Origin: Cirrosporium novae-zelandiae
Lineage: Eukaryota
Length of the DNA: 64,000 bases
NCBI GenBank assembly: GCA_026023565.1
Contig: JAPETS010000013.1
Location: 434,001-498,000, forward strand
Direction: 5' to 3'
In this document: in pieces, positions 62,587 to 64,000 of the stretch
Numbering within the stretch: position 1 is the stretch's first letter
How the letters are laid out: every line of letters begins with the position of its first letter
Notes under the pieces: generated by a model
What the model was told of the DNA's origin: nothing
Seen by the model: only the letters and a program-made list of their open reading frames with translations
Database searches by the model: none
Program-made: the position numbers and the translations under genes

Positions 62587-63857
62587 TTATTCCGCCTTGG
62601 CAAGCTTGAGGACAAGGTCTGAGCATACTTCGAGGAATGGAAATGGTGAGGTGGCTTCTTTCTCCTTGAGACGCTTCGTGTAGGGCTTGTATTCGCCGGT
62701 GATAGGATCCTTCCTCACGTTTTGGTATCCGTCGAGCTTGAAATCAACCATGTATGTACCCTGCTCGATGACGTAGAGTTGGATGTCGACGTATACCCAG
62801 ATTCCTTCGGTGCGTTCTGGTGCGGGTGATGAGACAGTCATTGTAGGATGGCCGGAAGTTGAGGATAAGCTGCCCGAGGCACTTGCCGGGGTCATTGCGA
62901 CCGAGTTGCGACGAGTGGATTCACCGGATGAGGATAGGTTCACCATACTGGAGTGGGTGCTGCCTGGTGGAATCACACCTGGGGGGTAGAGATCTTTCTT
63001 AATGAGGCGGGCATGGATGCACCAAGGATCATTAGGAACCCAGTACCCGTGAGACCAATAACCTCCTCGAGAGGTAGTGCTAGCTTGTGATGCACCAGAT
63101 TGACTTGGATCACCATTAGCTGAGGTCGTAGATGCTTCGTGACTTGGCGGTGTGCTGGCCTGAATTGCCTCAGCGGCAGCGTTGGCAATCTTCAGATTCT
63201 GACCGTAGTTCTCCTCCTTTTTATCATCGTCCTCTTCAGGAGGATCGTTAGATTCCCACTGAGCATCTGTTTTCTTGAGCGCTTTGTACAGGCAGAGCAT
63301 AGCTTCATGAGGTTGGTTACGAGAACGGATACCGAATTGCCACTTCGTGGGGCGAGGTTTCTTGCCCGGCTTCGGATGAAAAGAGTCAGGATTTTGGTCG
63401 TGCTGAGCTCGAAGCTGCTCCAGATTCGCAGTTGACCGAGAATGTGGTTTGAGACGTTTGGTCAGTTGCTCCTGCTCCTCAGCTGACAACAATTTAGAAT
63501 CGATTGGTGGTGAGTCGTCCTCATCAGTTTTTTCGCCTGCAGCTGCAGATTTCTCATGCTCCTTACGAGCTGCTTTGGCCTTGTTATAAAGCTCACAGTA
63601 CTGGTTATAAACATATGGGATAGAAGTGGGAAGGATTCGGACGTTTGAGATGCGTGGAGCCTCCATGGTGCCGCTTGTACCAGTTGAAGTTGAAGATCTA
63701 TGTTGCATAGGGTCCCTTCTAGTAAGAGGTGTTAGAGGGGGGTCAGATGGGTACGTGTAACCTGAATGGGCAGGTGGAGATGATGGCATGATTGGACCTA
63801 GAGCAGGAGGAGATTGAGCAAAGAATGGTTCGAGGCTCTTTTGTGTGGATGCGGATG
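62587..63857 (-). CDS. SNF1: Snf1/AMPK-alpha kinase, terminal exon only (kinase domain lies beyond the window end)
   Basis: VRILPTSIPY, PTKWQFGIRSRNQP.EAM..LYKAL, DPW.I.AR..K, DIQLY.IE...Y.VDFK.DGY, TSPFPFL. Acceptor ctaaccaaatcacag precedes 63857, so the ORF-track start at 63948 is intronic. Confidence 0.9.
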
Positions 63858-64000
63858 CTGTGATTTGGTTAGAACGCGTTGTGCTTACTACAATATAAAC
63901 TCGCTTATTTAGGACGCGACTTCCATATATCGACATATAAGGAGACACTGAACCTCAAATAATAGATACAGGAAACAACAAAACAATGAAACAGTGTCAA

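Noticed and set aside
1..64000. tRNA, rRNA and transposon genes
   Set aside because: No cloverleaf with A/B boxes, no rRNA tract and no transposase, reverse-transcriptase or integrase motifs were recognised by eye. tRNAscan-SE and RepeatMasker would be needed to exclude degenerate copies.

Overview
Eukaryotic DNA from a filamentous ascomycete (Pezizomycotina-type short introns with GT/GC donors, CTAAC/CTGAC branch points and YAG acceptors). About 21 intact spliced or intronless genes, mostly housekeeping: folliculin/Lst7, eIF3k, prenylcysteine oxidase, Med9, iPGM, prefoldin 6, Vps4, Tsr4, Nif3, BolA, Prx5, Nce102, Mrf1, GRIM-19, Msn5, Egh1, Ski3 and the 3' exon of Snf1. Two accessory blocks interrupt them. 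(1) 16.9-31 kb: a sugar transporter, a ~2,790-aa secreted protein with six PAN/apple-like Cys modules separated by three different short-period Ser/Gly/Thr repeat arrays, and a TDT-family transporter. (2) 49-57 kb: a decaying four-gene module of an alpha/beta-hydrolase, two divergently transcribed kievitone-hydratase-like pseudogenes and a Zn2Cys6 regulator pseudogene, carrying at least seven premature TAG stops, mostly at Trp/Gln positions. Features not visible in the ORF track include a double-guide box C/D snoRNA in eIF3k intron 1, two GC-AG introns, a ~400-nt fold-back downstream of the TDT gene and a strong G-quadruplex motif. All family assignments come from motif recognition by eye; no database search was run.
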